DNA of 64,000 nucleotides from Candidatus Zhuqueibacterota bacterium (GTDB lineage: Bacteria > Zhuqueibacterota > Zhuqueibacteria > Thermofontimicrobiales > Thermofontimicrobiaceae), in assembly GCA_049322915.1 (NCBI GenBank), contig JBMOPW010000034.1:1-64000 (forward strand). The letters are read 5' to 3'. How positions within the stretch are numbered: the stretch's first letter is position 1; every line of letters starts with the position of its first letter. A model generated the notes under the pieces. It saw only the letters and a program-made list of their open reading frames with translations, had not been told where the DNA came from and did no database searches. Positions 43,587-52,884 of this stretch are shown here, piece by piece. Made by a program: the position numbers and the translations under genes.

Positions 43587-44729
43587 TTATCTTGGCGAAA
43601 CGTCTGTGGGAACCGCTCCAGCGTGGAGAAACGAAGCGCTGTTCATTGGGTGCAACTGAATGGTGTAGCTGGTGTCGAAAATGACTTCAGTAACCACAAC
43701 CATTTTTTGGAAGATGCCGTCAATGCCGAGGATGTAGGTTACCTGAAGCGAATCATTGTTCATTTCTTCGACCAGTTGACTTTTCAAATCGTGAACAGGG
43801 AATCCGTAACCGTGAAGCGTTGTTTTTATTTCAATCGGAAACTCGAATCGGCCGGATCGAAAAACAGTCTCGCCGGCATCCTGATCCAGGGTGAGGCCAA
43901 TTGGAATGGCTTTGTCGTACGGCTGGACATGGTGGAAATATTCCCGGTACACTGGTTTGGAAAATCCAAAGATGTAGGTGAGAAGTCCGGCAGATCCCGC
44001 AATGCACGCCCATTTCAACACAGGGTATTTTCTCTTCCAGTCCGGGCCGGGTGTCGTCGAAGATCGTCTCATGAGAAAATCGATGACAGCGGCTGCGCCG
44101 CACGTCATCCCGCCGGACCAGAGGACGTCCGATAAAAAGTGGCCCCCCTGAGCCATGCGCGCCGTGCCGATATAGAGTCCCATGGCCAGGCTCATTGCCA
44201 GCGCGATGTGAGCAAGACGCGGATTTTTCTTTCGATACATAAAATAAAAAACAATCAGGAAAAACCCGGTCGATGCATGCCCGCTGGGGAACGAGGCGCC
44301 TTTGCCAGGAATGCCCGGTTGCCAGACTTCGTGATATGTCCATTTGCCGCCGAATTGCTCGATTTGCCGTGGCCGTGGCCGGCCCCAGTGGTCTTTGAAA
44401 ATGCCATTGACCAGCAATCCCGGGCCTAAAATGAAACTGAGAATGATGAATTGTGCGTTTCGTCTGAGCGGGGCCAAATTTGAAATCTTCAGGCTGAGGA
44501 AAAATACAGCAAGAGCGGCAACAAAAATGAGAATGGCAGGGTAGGGGCCGTAGTGATAAGCCAATGTCCAGGGCACGGAATTCCGCTGATACCAACCCGA
44601 CGAGGTTGAGTCGTAAAAATAAGATTCGATTTTCAGATCGAGATTTAAAAAAGAAATGGCGCCTGTGATCAGGGCTAAAATAAATAGACTGATCATGGCG
44701 ATCAACAAAAAGTGGCTGGGTCGATTCAT
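43587..44729 (-). CDS. PAP2-family membrane phosphatase with C-terminal soluble extension
   Basis: K..WGRPRP, SFPSGH, R...GGHFLSD. Confidence 0.88.
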   Translation of the reverse strand: MNRPSHFLLIAMISLFILALITGAISFLNLDLKIESYFYDSTSSGWYQRNSVPWTLAYHYGPYPAILIFVAALAVFFLSLKISNLAPLRRNAQFIILSFILGPGLLVNGIFKDHWGRPRPRQIEQFGGKWTYHEVWQPGIPGKGASFPSGHASTGFFLIVFYFMYRKKNPRLAHIALAMSLAMGLYIGTARMAQGGHFLSDVLWSGGMTCGAAAVIDFLMRRSSTTPGPDWKRKYPVLKWACIAGSAGLLTYIFGFSKPVYREYFHHVQPYDKAIPIGLTLDQDAGETVFRSGRFEFPIEIKTTLHGYGFPVHDLKSQLVEEMNNDSLQVTYILGIDGIFQKMVVVTEVIFDTSYTIQLHPMNSASFLHAGAVPTDVSPR

Positions 44730-44806
44730 GCGATGTATTTCAATGAAATGAAAAGCACAACCCGCAGGCTGTGCTTTTTATCAATTCCGAACGTGATTAT
44801 CAAGAA

Positions 44807-46651
44807 TTACCGATACCCGGCCGGTCTCGGCGGTCGGGACTTGCTCACCCACGATTGCGATGATCCGGGAATTCCAGCGCCATCCACAGGGGACGCTGAA
44901 GTATCCGGCATAAAGACCTGCTTCGTCTTTGTGTCTTTGTAAATTTGGAACGAACTTTCTGCCTCTTTCAAAATCTCGGGTTTCAACCCCTCGCTGGCAA
45001 TTTCATCGGTGAATTTGCGCCGGCCGTCGACAATGTCCTTCAAGTAAAAATCGACTTGTTCTCTCGAGTACAGCTTGAAGGGATTGTACGGTTCAATATC
45101 GCCGCCCTGGCACCAGACAACTTCCTCTGTCCCAAAGATGCCGCGCTGATATTTGTTGGTTCCTCTCAAATCCCCGCGCTGAATGGCGGCCATGAGATTG
45201 ATCGGGACGCGGGTCACCTTTCGAATAACGCGCTTTTTCGGAATTGAGCCATCCATATAGTTATCGATGATCTCCCCGACGCCGCCGGTATTGTACTGAT
45301 AAAATTCAACCTTGCCCGGAAATTTATCCATCAAGTCCATAATAATGCTGTAAAAGCGATTGACTTTGTTGGCGCGCGAACCGACAATGAACGGGTCAGT
45401 GCCCACAACGCGCACAGATTCGCCGGCTTTATCCGGCTGAGAGGCGTAGCTGTGACTGGATTCGCCCCAGAGATAGGCCAGCACAGCCTGCTCGGCCGTG
45501 AGGCGCTGCGCGAACGGCATGATCGTGTTGCGCCGTGTGATGAATGCAAAGGCGATCCCATCCAATTCTTCGAGCGGCGGAAGATTGATGCTCTTGGAAT
45601 CAATGCCGACGAGCTTTCTGCCGCGCTTTATTCTCAGTTTATCTTTGCGAATCACAGCCCGACCATTGCCGCATAAATTTTCATCCAAAAAATCGGGATT
45701 GCCATTCGAATCGATCATGACGTTTTCGTAGAGCGCGGACTTGTCAATCAGCGCGTAGTACATGGCTTCTTGCAGCTCTTTGTCCACGTCTGTTTTAACG
45801 AAGAAGCCCTGCTCGCTGCCATAGGCAGAACCGTCCCGGCGCAGAAATACAATGTCATCCTGCACAGCTTCAGTGCGTTCGCCTTTGGTGTAATCCAATC
45901 CCAACTGGTGGCAGGACCAGGTCGATTTCCCAGTCGCCGAAAGGCCGAAAAGAAAAATGCCGTATCGCTTGAGTTTATTATCCCGTTCATCCCGCACATA
46001 GACTAATTTGGTGCCGGCATGCAAACCGAGCATTCCGTGTTCGTCCGCGTACCACATGGCCTGTCGTAGAAAGCCCTTTTTATCCTCGCCCATATAATCG
46101 GTGCCCAGGGCGATGTTCAAATTATACTCAGGCAACGCCAGTACCTGCTGCCGTATCTGATGTTCCTCCGGAATATGAATCATGGTAAATTCGGGGCCAG
46201 GTCGTTTCGTAGGATTGCCGAGCGTGTTGCCCCACATGTAAGCGATGCGGTGATTTTTAGGATCGGCAGTGGACATGTAAAGATTGCAAATCGGATTGAA
46301 TTCGCTGTTATCGCCCATCTGCCTCCGGATATGGACGAAGGGCAGAGTGCGCATCAGATGCAGCACTTTGTGAAGCTCCTCCGGCGCGCTTTCAATTAAT
46401 TTCGCATGCAAGTCCGATGGTTTGGGAAGCCGCACACGCTCACTCCCAAGATACACGGTCCGGGGAGCGACGCGGCTGGAGACCGCAGAACGCCAGCCAT
46501 AGGAACCGTACTTAGTTTTTGTGCCTCTGGAAAAAGCAAGCTTTCCCAACTTTTTCAAATCATAATGCTTAATAGTTTTACCATCCAACAGGGGTTTCAG
46601 GTTTTGAGAGAATCGTTTGTAGTCCTCTTCGTGGTAAGTTACAGTGCTCAT
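44807..46651 (-). CDS. pckA: Phosphoenolpyruvate carboxykinase (ATP)
   Basis: GTDYMGEDKKG, LHAG, GLSATGKST, QDD, ENV, NGR, NTG. Confidence 0.88.
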   Translation of the reverse strand: MSTVTYHEEDYKRFSQNLKPLLDGKTIKHYDLKKLGKLAFSRGTKTKYGSYGWRSAVSSRVAPRTVYLGSERVRLPKPSDLHAKLIESAPEELHKVLHLMRTLPFVHIRRQMGDNSEFNPICNLYMSTADPKNHRIAYMWGNTLGNPTKRPGPEFTMIHIPEEHQIRQQVLALPEYNLNIALGTDYMGEDKKGFLRQAMWYADEHGMLGLHAGTKLVYVRDERDNKLKRYGIFLFGLSATGKSTWSCHQLGLDYTKGERTEAVQDDIVFLRRDGSAYGSEQGFFVKTDVDKELQEAMYYALIDKSALYENVMIDSNGNPDFLDENLCGNGRAVIRKDKLRIKRGRKLVGIDSKSINLPPLEELDGIAFAFITRRNTIMPFAQRLTAEQAVLAYLWGESSHSYASQPDKAGESVRVVGTDPFIVGSRANKVNRFYSIIMDLMDKFPGKVEFYQYNTGGVGEIIDNYMDGSIPKKRVIRKVTRVPINLMAAIQRGDLRGTNKYQRGIFGTEEVVWCQGGDIEPYNPFKLYSREQVDFYLKDIVDGRRKFTDEIASEGLKPEILKEAESSFQIYKDTKTKQVFMPDTSASPVDGAGIPGSSQSWVSKSRPPRPAGYR

Positions 46652-46703
46652 TTCGATTTCCTGGCTTGGGATAGTGAACAGGGAATGTCAATTTTAATTG
46701 CTG

Positions 46704-46732
46704 AATATAAGATATTTGGACATAAAAAGCAA
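46704..46732 (-). promoter_or_regulatory. sigma70-type promoter for pckA
   Basis: Minus strand TTGCTT-N17-TATATT. Confidence 0.6.
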
Positions 46733-46887
46733 CTGCTTTTTTAGTTGCCAAAATCACTTGTTTCGTGTTTGTGTTTAAATGAAAAACAAAAATAGGTATT
46801 CATCGGAATGCTAATTATTATCTAAAGAGATTCCATTTAAAAGCCTAATAATTACTGATCACGGATGAAAAAAAGTAAAAAAATTTG

Positions 46888-46916
46888 TTGCAATATATTT
46901 TAAATATCCCTATATT
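46888..46916 (+). promoter_or_regulatory. sigma70-type promoter for flotillin
   Basis: TTGCAA-N17-TATATT. Confidence 0.65.
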
Positions 46917-46989
46917 TCCCGACATTTAATCGCCTATAAATTTTTAATTTATTTTCCGCTCACCAATTAAGAGCACCAAGGAGGAACGA

Positions 46990-48402
46990 ATGGAACTAAC
47001 AACGGTTAATTTGCTCATCATTATCGGGTCTGTCGTCATCATCATTGCTTTGTTTATTCTGGCATTAGCCAAGCAATATCGCAAGGTGGGGCCTAATGAA
47101 GTCCTCATCATTTCAGGAGGTCGATCACACAAAGTCACGGATCCGGATGGAACAGTCAAGAAAATAGGGTATCGTATGAGTATTGGTGGCGGTACTTTCG
47201 TGAAGCCGTTCATTGAACAAGTTCAGACACTACCCCTGGAAATTTACACGCTGCAGGTGAAAACGCCGGAAGTGATCACCTCTCAGGGCGTAAATATCAT
47301 CGCCGAAGCAAGCGCTCAGGTGAAAATTAAAAGTGATGAGTTTTCGATTCGAAAAGCTGCGGAACAATTTTTAGGCACTGGATCTCAGGGAATAAAGGAC
47401 GTCTCCTTCAGCGTGCTCGAGGGCTTTGTTCGGGCGATCATCGGCACCATGTCCGTCGAGGACATCTATCGCAACCGCGATAAATTCGCCGAACGAGTCA
47501 TCACCGACTCCCGAATCGATTTTGATCGAATGGGGCTGGAAGTTCTTTCGTTCGCGCTGCGCGATATCAGCGATACCCAGGGATACCTCAATTCGCTGGG
47601 TCTTCCTCGAATTGCACAGGTTAAAAAAGACGCCGCCATTGCCCAGGCCGAGACTGATAAAGAAGCGACCATCAAAGCGGCCCAGGCCAGAAAAGACGGA
47701 GACATTGCCAAACTGAAAGCTGAAATTGAAATCTCCAAAGCCAACCGCGATTTTGAATCGCAGCGCGCTCAGTACCAGGCGGACATTAACCAGAAGCGTG
47801 CACTGGCCGATTTCTCCTACGAACTGGAAAAATATCGTATCGTGCAGCAGATAAAGAAAGAAGAGTCAATGGTAAAATTGATTGAAAAAGAGCAGGCCAT
47901 TAAAATCGAAGAGATGGAAATTTCCCGCAAAGAAAAAGAGCTGGATGCGTCCGTGAAAAAAGCTGCTGATGCGACCAATTACCAGTTGAAATCCCAGGCC
48001 GAGGCTGAAGGCTATCGCATTAAAGAAGAGGCCAAAGCTCAGGTTGAGGCGAAAAAGCTGGAAGGACTGGCCGAAGCAGCATTGATCAGAGCCAAAGGCG
48101 AGGCCGAAGCGGATGCCATGCGCATGAAAGCGGAATCATGGAAAGACTACAATGATGCAGCAATCTATAAAATGGTCATCGATGCGCTGCCGGAATTGGC
48201 CCGCGCCGTCTCCGAGCCATTGTCCAGAATTGAAAAGATCATCATGGTCGGCGGTGGTGATGGTGCGAACGGCGTTTCCAAAATCACCGAACAGGTTGCC
48301 CAGGTTTTGGCGCAACTGCCAACAGTCGTTCAATCTCTCAGTGGCGTTGATTTGACAAAGCTATTGAAAAATCTTCCCGGACAGGAGCAGAAAGACAAAT
48401 AA
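46990..48402 (+). CDS. Flotillin (SPFH domain, FloT-like)
   Basis: AAGGAGG RBS; N-terminal TM, YRKVGPNEVLIISG, GGGTFV, AAEQFLG, EA-rich coiled coil. Confidence 0.92.
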   Translation: MELTTVNLLIIIGSVVIIIALFILALAKQYRKVGPNEVLIISGGRSHKVTDPDGTVKKIGYRMSIGGGTFVKPFIEQVQTLPLEIYTLQVKTPEVITSQGVNIIAEASAQVKIKSDEFSIRKAAEQFLGTGSQGIKDVSFSVLEGFVRAIIGTMSVEDIYRNRDKFAERVITDSRIDFDRMGLEVLSFALRDISDTQGYLNSLGLPRIAQVKKDAAIAQAETDKEATIKAAQARKDGDIAKLKAEIEISKANRDFESQRAQYQADINQKRALADFSYELEKYRIVQQIKKEESMVKLIEKEQAIKIEEMEISRKEKELDASVKKAADATNYQLKSQAEAEGYRIKEEAKAQVEAKKLEGLAEAALIRAKGEAEADAMRMKAESWKDYNDAAIYKMVIDALPELARAVSEPLSRIEKIIMVGGGDGANGVSKITEQVAQVLAQLPTVVQSLSGVDLTKLLKNLPGQEQKDK

Positions 48403-48637
48403 TCAGGTAATTGCCGATCATTTCAGCCGGGATTCCAATTCTTCCCGGACACAATGATCGTCAATTTTCCGATGAGCAGATTGTCGCTGCGCGCCGAGAG
48501 AGACTCCCTGCGCGCTGCGGGGCGTTCCACATCCATCCCGGGTGGGATTGATTTTTCCCATGATAGAAATCGACGTAATAACATTAGCTCACAATTCATG
48601 AACTGTTGTCATTACCAAAACTAAGAAGATTACTTAT

Positions 48638-51028
48638 ATGATATCAACGAGAGTACAGGAAATTGGATTTTCTCCGACATTGCGAATAAACGCCAAAGCG
48701 CAGGCCATGCGCGCAGAGGGCATTGACGTCATCGATTTGAGCGTCGGTGAGCCGGACTTTGCCACGCCGGAGAATATCAAAGATGCCGGGAAGGCCGCAA
48801 TTACCAAGAACCTGACCAAATATACGGCCAATGCCGGAATTCCACAGCTCAAAAAAGCGATTATCAATCGCATTTTCAATGATCATGGCATTACGTATGA
48901 ACCAGACGAAATCATTGTTTCCAGCGGCGCAAAAAACAGTCTTTACAACGTGGCCATGGCCATTTTCAACCACGGGGAAGAGGCAATTTTACCGGCGCCG
49001 TACTGGGTGTCTTATCCTCATATCATCAAACTGGCAAAGGGTGTGCCTGTTGTCATCCCGACGCGAGAAGAGAATGGCTTCAAATTGACGCCAAAAGATT
49101 TGAGCCGGGCCATCAATTCAAATTCAAAAGTGCTCATTCTGAATAACCCCAGCAATCCGACCGGCGCGACTTACTCGCGCGATGAATTGGAGGAGTTGGC
49201 CGATATTGCCATTGATGAAGGCCTGTTGATCATCGCCGATGAAATTTACGAGAAACTGGTTTACGATGGCTTTCGATTCTGCAGCATCGCGGAGTTGGGT
49301 GAAAAAGTGAAGCAAAATACAGTGATCATCAATGGCGTTTCCAAAGCGTACGCCATGACCGGCTGGCGAATCGGATTTGCTGCCGGCCCCAAAGACATCA
49401 TTGCTGCCATGGGAAAAGTCCAGAGTCACAGCACGTCCAACGCGAGTTCGATTTCCCAGTATGCCAGTGTCGAGGCCTTTGCCGGGCCGCAGAACGAAAT
49501 CAATAAGATGGTGTCTGAATTTCAGCAGCGGCGTAATTACATGCATTACCGATTGAGCCAAATTCCCAAAATTTCCTGCTATAAATCCCAGGGCGCATTT
49601 TATCTCTTCCCGAATTTTTCCGCCTATTACGATATGGCCTACGAAGGCAATCCAATCAGGAATTCGCACGGACTGGCCTATTATCTTTTGAAACACGCGC
49701 ACGTTGCCATTGTGCCCGGCGATGCATTTGGCGATGATAAATTCATCCGATTTTCCTACGCCACATCCAGGGAAAACATAGAGAAAGCCATGGATCGGAT
49801 CACTGAGGCCATGGGCAAATTGGTGCCGATTAAAAAATCATCAAAAAAACCGCTGAACAATACTGTCACTCAGCGAAAGTCATTTGTGGAAACTGAGGCG
49901 AACATCAGTCTGGAAATGCGCAATGCGCTCCTGGCTGAGTCGGAAGCTTTCATGACGTTCGAAGGCTATTATGAATGGAATGTCAATATTGCCGGCATCA
50001 TCGTTCAGCTTCGGACAAATAGCCCGCATCTCTATGAGTTCTGGATGGAGAATTTTTACCCGGCCCAGTTGGAAACAGATCTGGAACCACACGCTATCAT
50101 TTATGCGGTGAACTGGATCACGGGACGCGAGGCGCGAGCCTTCTACAACCCTGAATCGCGGACTGTGTTTTACTTCAAATCCGCTTTCTATCCTCAGTTG
50201 CGGAGCCTGGCTCTGGGAATGGTCGCTGATATCACGGAGCGGTTGTACGACATGCACATGGTTCGCGCCCAGTCCGTGGATATTGCTGGCAAAGGGATGC
50301 TGCTCATCGGTCCCCCGGGCACCGGTAAAATGGACCAGTTTGCGGAATTATTGAAGCAGCCAGGGATCAAGCTGCACTCCAACGACGTTGTCCTGATGCG
50401 ATATGTCGGCAATGAAGCGTTCGCCGATGGGGTGGAGAGAAAATTCACCATGTCCACCGATTTTGTCGAGAAGTACCCGCAGATGGTGAGCCTGTTCGAC
50501 ATGAGCAAATGTGAAAATGTGGTCACCTCGAAAGAAGAATGCACAAACGAGAAATGCAAAAGGGAGGACAATTGTCGACTGGATCGCGGAGCGCCATACT
50601 GCTTTTCGGCGTCGGAGCAGTCCATTGCGTTGCTCGACCCCTATTGGCTGGGCGGGCCGGAAAAGCATGTGAAACGAACTTCAGTGCGATGGGTTGTCAT
50701 TTTTAGAAAAGATCCCATTGCTCCGGCAATAGTGAAGGCAACGCCTGAAGATGCCATCAAATTTCTTGAAGAAGGCAGAAATCCGAGCAGCTATGGTAGC
50801 GCGCAGAACGTTCCTTTCTTCAATCCCCATCTGCTCATTAAATCGATAGATCGAATTGATAGTCAAAAACAAAATTTCAAAAAGCTATTCAAGTCGGCAT
50901 CGGTTTACATTGTGAATGCCGGGATGGAATCCAAAGAAGCAATCAAACAGAGGATTTCCGCGCTGGTCGCTGGCAATGAAGAATCGGCGCTGAAGTTATT
51001 CTCGAAGGCAACAGAGCAATATAAATGA
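48638..51028 (+). CDS. Class I aspartate aminotransferase fused to a PEPCK/HPr-kinase-like P-loop domain
   Basis: aa 1-~395: GEPDF, NNPSNPTG, ADEIY, SKAYAMTGWRIG, RFSY. C-half: GPPGTGKM, HSND, five-Cys cluster, FFNPH. Confidence 0.85.
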   Translation: MISTRVQEIGFSPTLRINAKAQAMRAEGIDVIDLSVGEPDFATPENIKDAGKAAITKNLTKYTANAGIPQLKKAIINRIFNDHGITYEPDEIIVSSGAKNSLYNVAMAIFNHGEEAILPAPYWVSYPHIIKLAKGVPVVIPTREENGFKLTPKDLSRAINSNSKVLILNNPSNPTGATYSRDELEELADIAIDEGLLIIADEIYEKLVYDGFRFCSIAELGEKVKQNTVIINGVSKAYAMTGWRIGFAAGPKDIIAAMGKVQSHSTSNASSISQYASVEAFAGPQNEINKMVSEFQQRRNYMHYRLSQIPKISCYKSQGAFYLFPNFSAYYDMAYEGNPIRNSHGLAYYLLKHAHVAIVPGDAFGDDKFIRFSYATSRENIEKAMDRITEAMGKLVPIKKSSKKPLNNTVTQRKSFVETEANISLEMRNALLAESEAFMTFEGYYEWNVNIAGIIVQLRTNSPHLYEFWMENFYPAQLETDLEPHAIIYAVNWITGREARAFYNPESRTVFYFKSAFYPQLRSLALGMVADITERLYDMHMVRAQSVDIAGKGMLLIGPPGTGKMDQFAELLKQPGIKLHSNDVVLMRYVGNEAFADGVERKFTMSTDFVEKYPQMVSLFDMSKCENVVTSKEECTNEKCKREDNCRLDRGAPYCFSASEQSIALLDPYWLGGPEKHVKRTSVRWVVIFRKDPIAPAIVKATPEDAIKFLEEGRNPSSYGSAQNVPFFNPHLLIKSIDRIDSQKQNFKKLFKSASVYIVNAGMESKEAIKQRISALVAGNEESALKLFSKATEQYK

Positions 51029-51031
51029 AAT

Positions 51032-51066
51032 AGGGGCGCACGACATCGCATGCGCCCTTTTCTTTT
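51032..51066. terminator. Intrinsic terminator
   Basis: aggggcgca..tgcgccctttt between convergent genes. Confidence 0.75.
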
Positions 51067-51479
51067 CATTCGATAAAATCAATGTCCATTCGGACTTTGC
51101 GCTGGAAGATTGAGTACATGTCCTTCAAAAAATTCCCTTCGACATCCATTTTTACTGCCATGGTGAAGAAGACAAATTCCACCGGGATTCGTTCGGCGTC
51201 TTTTCCCTGTCCCACACGCTCCATCTTGTTTTTGACAGTGAAATCTTCAATACTCACATTTTCAAATTCAATGTTGTTGTCGTACTGATCGTACGGCGTT
51301 AGTTTCAATTTAATAAGCCGCTTCCTGAAGCCGGCAAACAGGTCAGAAATTTGCAGGGTGTTATTCAACTGCGCCTCGCCTTTGAAGACCATTTTATCGA
51401 GGGTCTCCTTGGTCTCCGGATTCTTTTCCTGCTTGGGCTGAAAAGCCGTAATGCGTGCATCGTCAAATGTGCTGCTCAT
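51066..51479 (-). CDS. Hypothetical protein with internal two-fold repeat
   Basis: 137-aa ORF; own promoter TTGAAA-N17-TAAATT (51592-51564). Confidence 0.7.
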   Translation of the reverse strand: MSSTFDDARITAFQPKQEKNPETKETLDKMVFKGEAQLNNTLQISDLFAGFRKRLIKLKLTPYDQYDNNIEFENVSIEDFTVKNKMERVGQGKDAERIPVEFVFFTMAVKMDVEGNFLKDMYSIFQRKVRMDIDFIE

Positions 51480-51983
51480 TGTATTTTTCCCTTGTGTTAG
51501 ATGTAAATTTCAACCAATCACGAGTTAATGTTCACTTGAAATGGATGCTCAGAAATGGCGCCTAATTTACTCATTTGGAATTTATATTTCAAGAGAAATA
51601 TATTGTAATTTTCATTGCTCTGGTTTTATTGTTAAAACGAACAGCCTGAAAAGAATTTGCAAATTCAGACAACCTATAAAAAATGGATGACTGACATTCC
51701 GCCTCTGCTGTCCATACACGTCAGCGCTTTTCCGATTGTACTCTTTCATTGATTGCACTTGCCGGATCAGCCCGAGATGCTGTTTCCAGGACAGACAGCG
51801 TCAATTGACGAAAAGCATTGACCCTAAAAAAAAATTGTCCATTGAAGATCGATGTTGGATTTAAAAATTGCTTGCATTATAAGAAATAAATTATTAAATT
51901 CAGCCGTTAAAATTTGGTCAACTAAAAAGGCAAAGGCAATCTTGGAATTTGCCAGAGGTAAACACACCCCATTGGCGCACCGG

Positions 51984-52628
51984 ATGAATCAATTTTTTGA
52001 TGCCCGGGAAAAGATGGTCGCAGAACAACTGGCGAATCGGGGGATTTCGAACCAGGACATTCTGAAAACTATGCGCAAAATTGAACGGCATTTCTTTGTC
52101 GATAAGAAATATTGGGGCAAAGCCTACGAAGATTCGCCATTGCCCATTCCGTGTTCTCAGACAATTTCTCAGCCGTACATGGTCGCCTTGATGACTGAAT
52201 TAATCGAGCCCAATAAGTCAAAGCGGGTTCTTGAAATCGGTACCGGTTCAGGGTATCAAACCTCCATCCTGGCGGAGTTGTGCAAACAAGTCTACTCCAT
52301 CGAACGGCACCAGGAATTGGCGGATAGCGCATTTAAGCTGCTCACGCATCTGGGCTATCGCAACATCGAAATTACCACCACCGATGGGACTTTGGGTTGG
52401 CCGGAAGAGGCGCTCTTCGACGCAATCATTGTCACCGCTGGCGCGCCCGGTGTGCCTGAGCATCTTGTCAATCAATTGAAAGATGGTGGACGCATGGTAA
52501 TCCCGGTGGGGAGTGCGTATCAGCAGGATTTGTTGTTAGTCACCAAACGAAGCGACTCATACATCACAAAAACTATCTGCGGATGTATTTTTGTACCGCT
52601 GATCGGCAGCAAAGGATGGGGAGAATAA
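51984..52628 (+). CDS. pcm: Protein-L-isoaspartate O-methyltransferase
   Basis: AYED.PLPI..QTISQPYMVA, VLEIGTGSGYQ, FDAIIVTAG, FVPL; start position uncertain. Confidence 0.93.
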   Translation: MNQFFDAREKMVAEQLANRGISNQDILKTMRKIERHFFVDKKYWGKAYEDSPLPIPCSQTISQPYMVALMTELIEPNKSKRVLEIGTGSGYQTSILAELCKQVYSIERHQELADSAFKLLTHLGYRNIEITTTDGTLGWPEEALFDAIIVTAGAPGVPEHLVNQLKDGGRMVIPVGSAYQQDLLLVTKRSDSYITKTICGCIFVPLIGSKGWGE

Positions 52629-52670
52629 GGAAAATTTCAGTATAAAAATCGTTTTGCGTTTTATAAAATT

Positions 52671-52745
52671 CGGGGCGTAGCGCAGCCCGGTTAGCGCGCC
52701 TGCTTCGGGAGTAGGAGGTCGGAGGTTCAACTCCTCTCGCCCCGA
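52671..52745 (+). tRNA. tRNA-Pro(CGG); CCA not encoded
   Basis: Acceptor cggggcg/cgccccg; anticodon arm cctgc-ttCGGga-gtagg; T arm ggagg-ttcaact-cctct. Confidence 0.97.
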
Positions 52746-52756
52746 CACATGAGATG

Positions 52757-52784
52757 AGGCCTTGTTGAATGACAGGGCCTTTTT
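52757..52784 (+). terminator. Terminator after tRNA
   Basis: aggccttgtt-gaat-gacagggcct-tttt. Confidence 0.75.
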
Positions 52785-52849
52785 CATTGGTGGAAACAGC
52801 TATCGACCTCGGCAACGTTCCTCAAAAATGAAATCCGCTTTTTTTGGGC

Positions 52850-52878
52850 TTGACATCCTCTGCGAATTTTATTATCTT
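52850..52878 (+). promoter_or_regulatory. sigma70-type promoter 6 nt before the ATG
   Basis: TTGACA-N17-TATCTT-acagcc-ATG. Confidence 0.7.
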
Positions 52879-52884
52879 ACAGCC

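Noticed and set aside
43831..44595. 254-aa alternative-frame ORF inside the PAP2 gene
   Set aside because: Out-of-frame overlap with no recognisable features.
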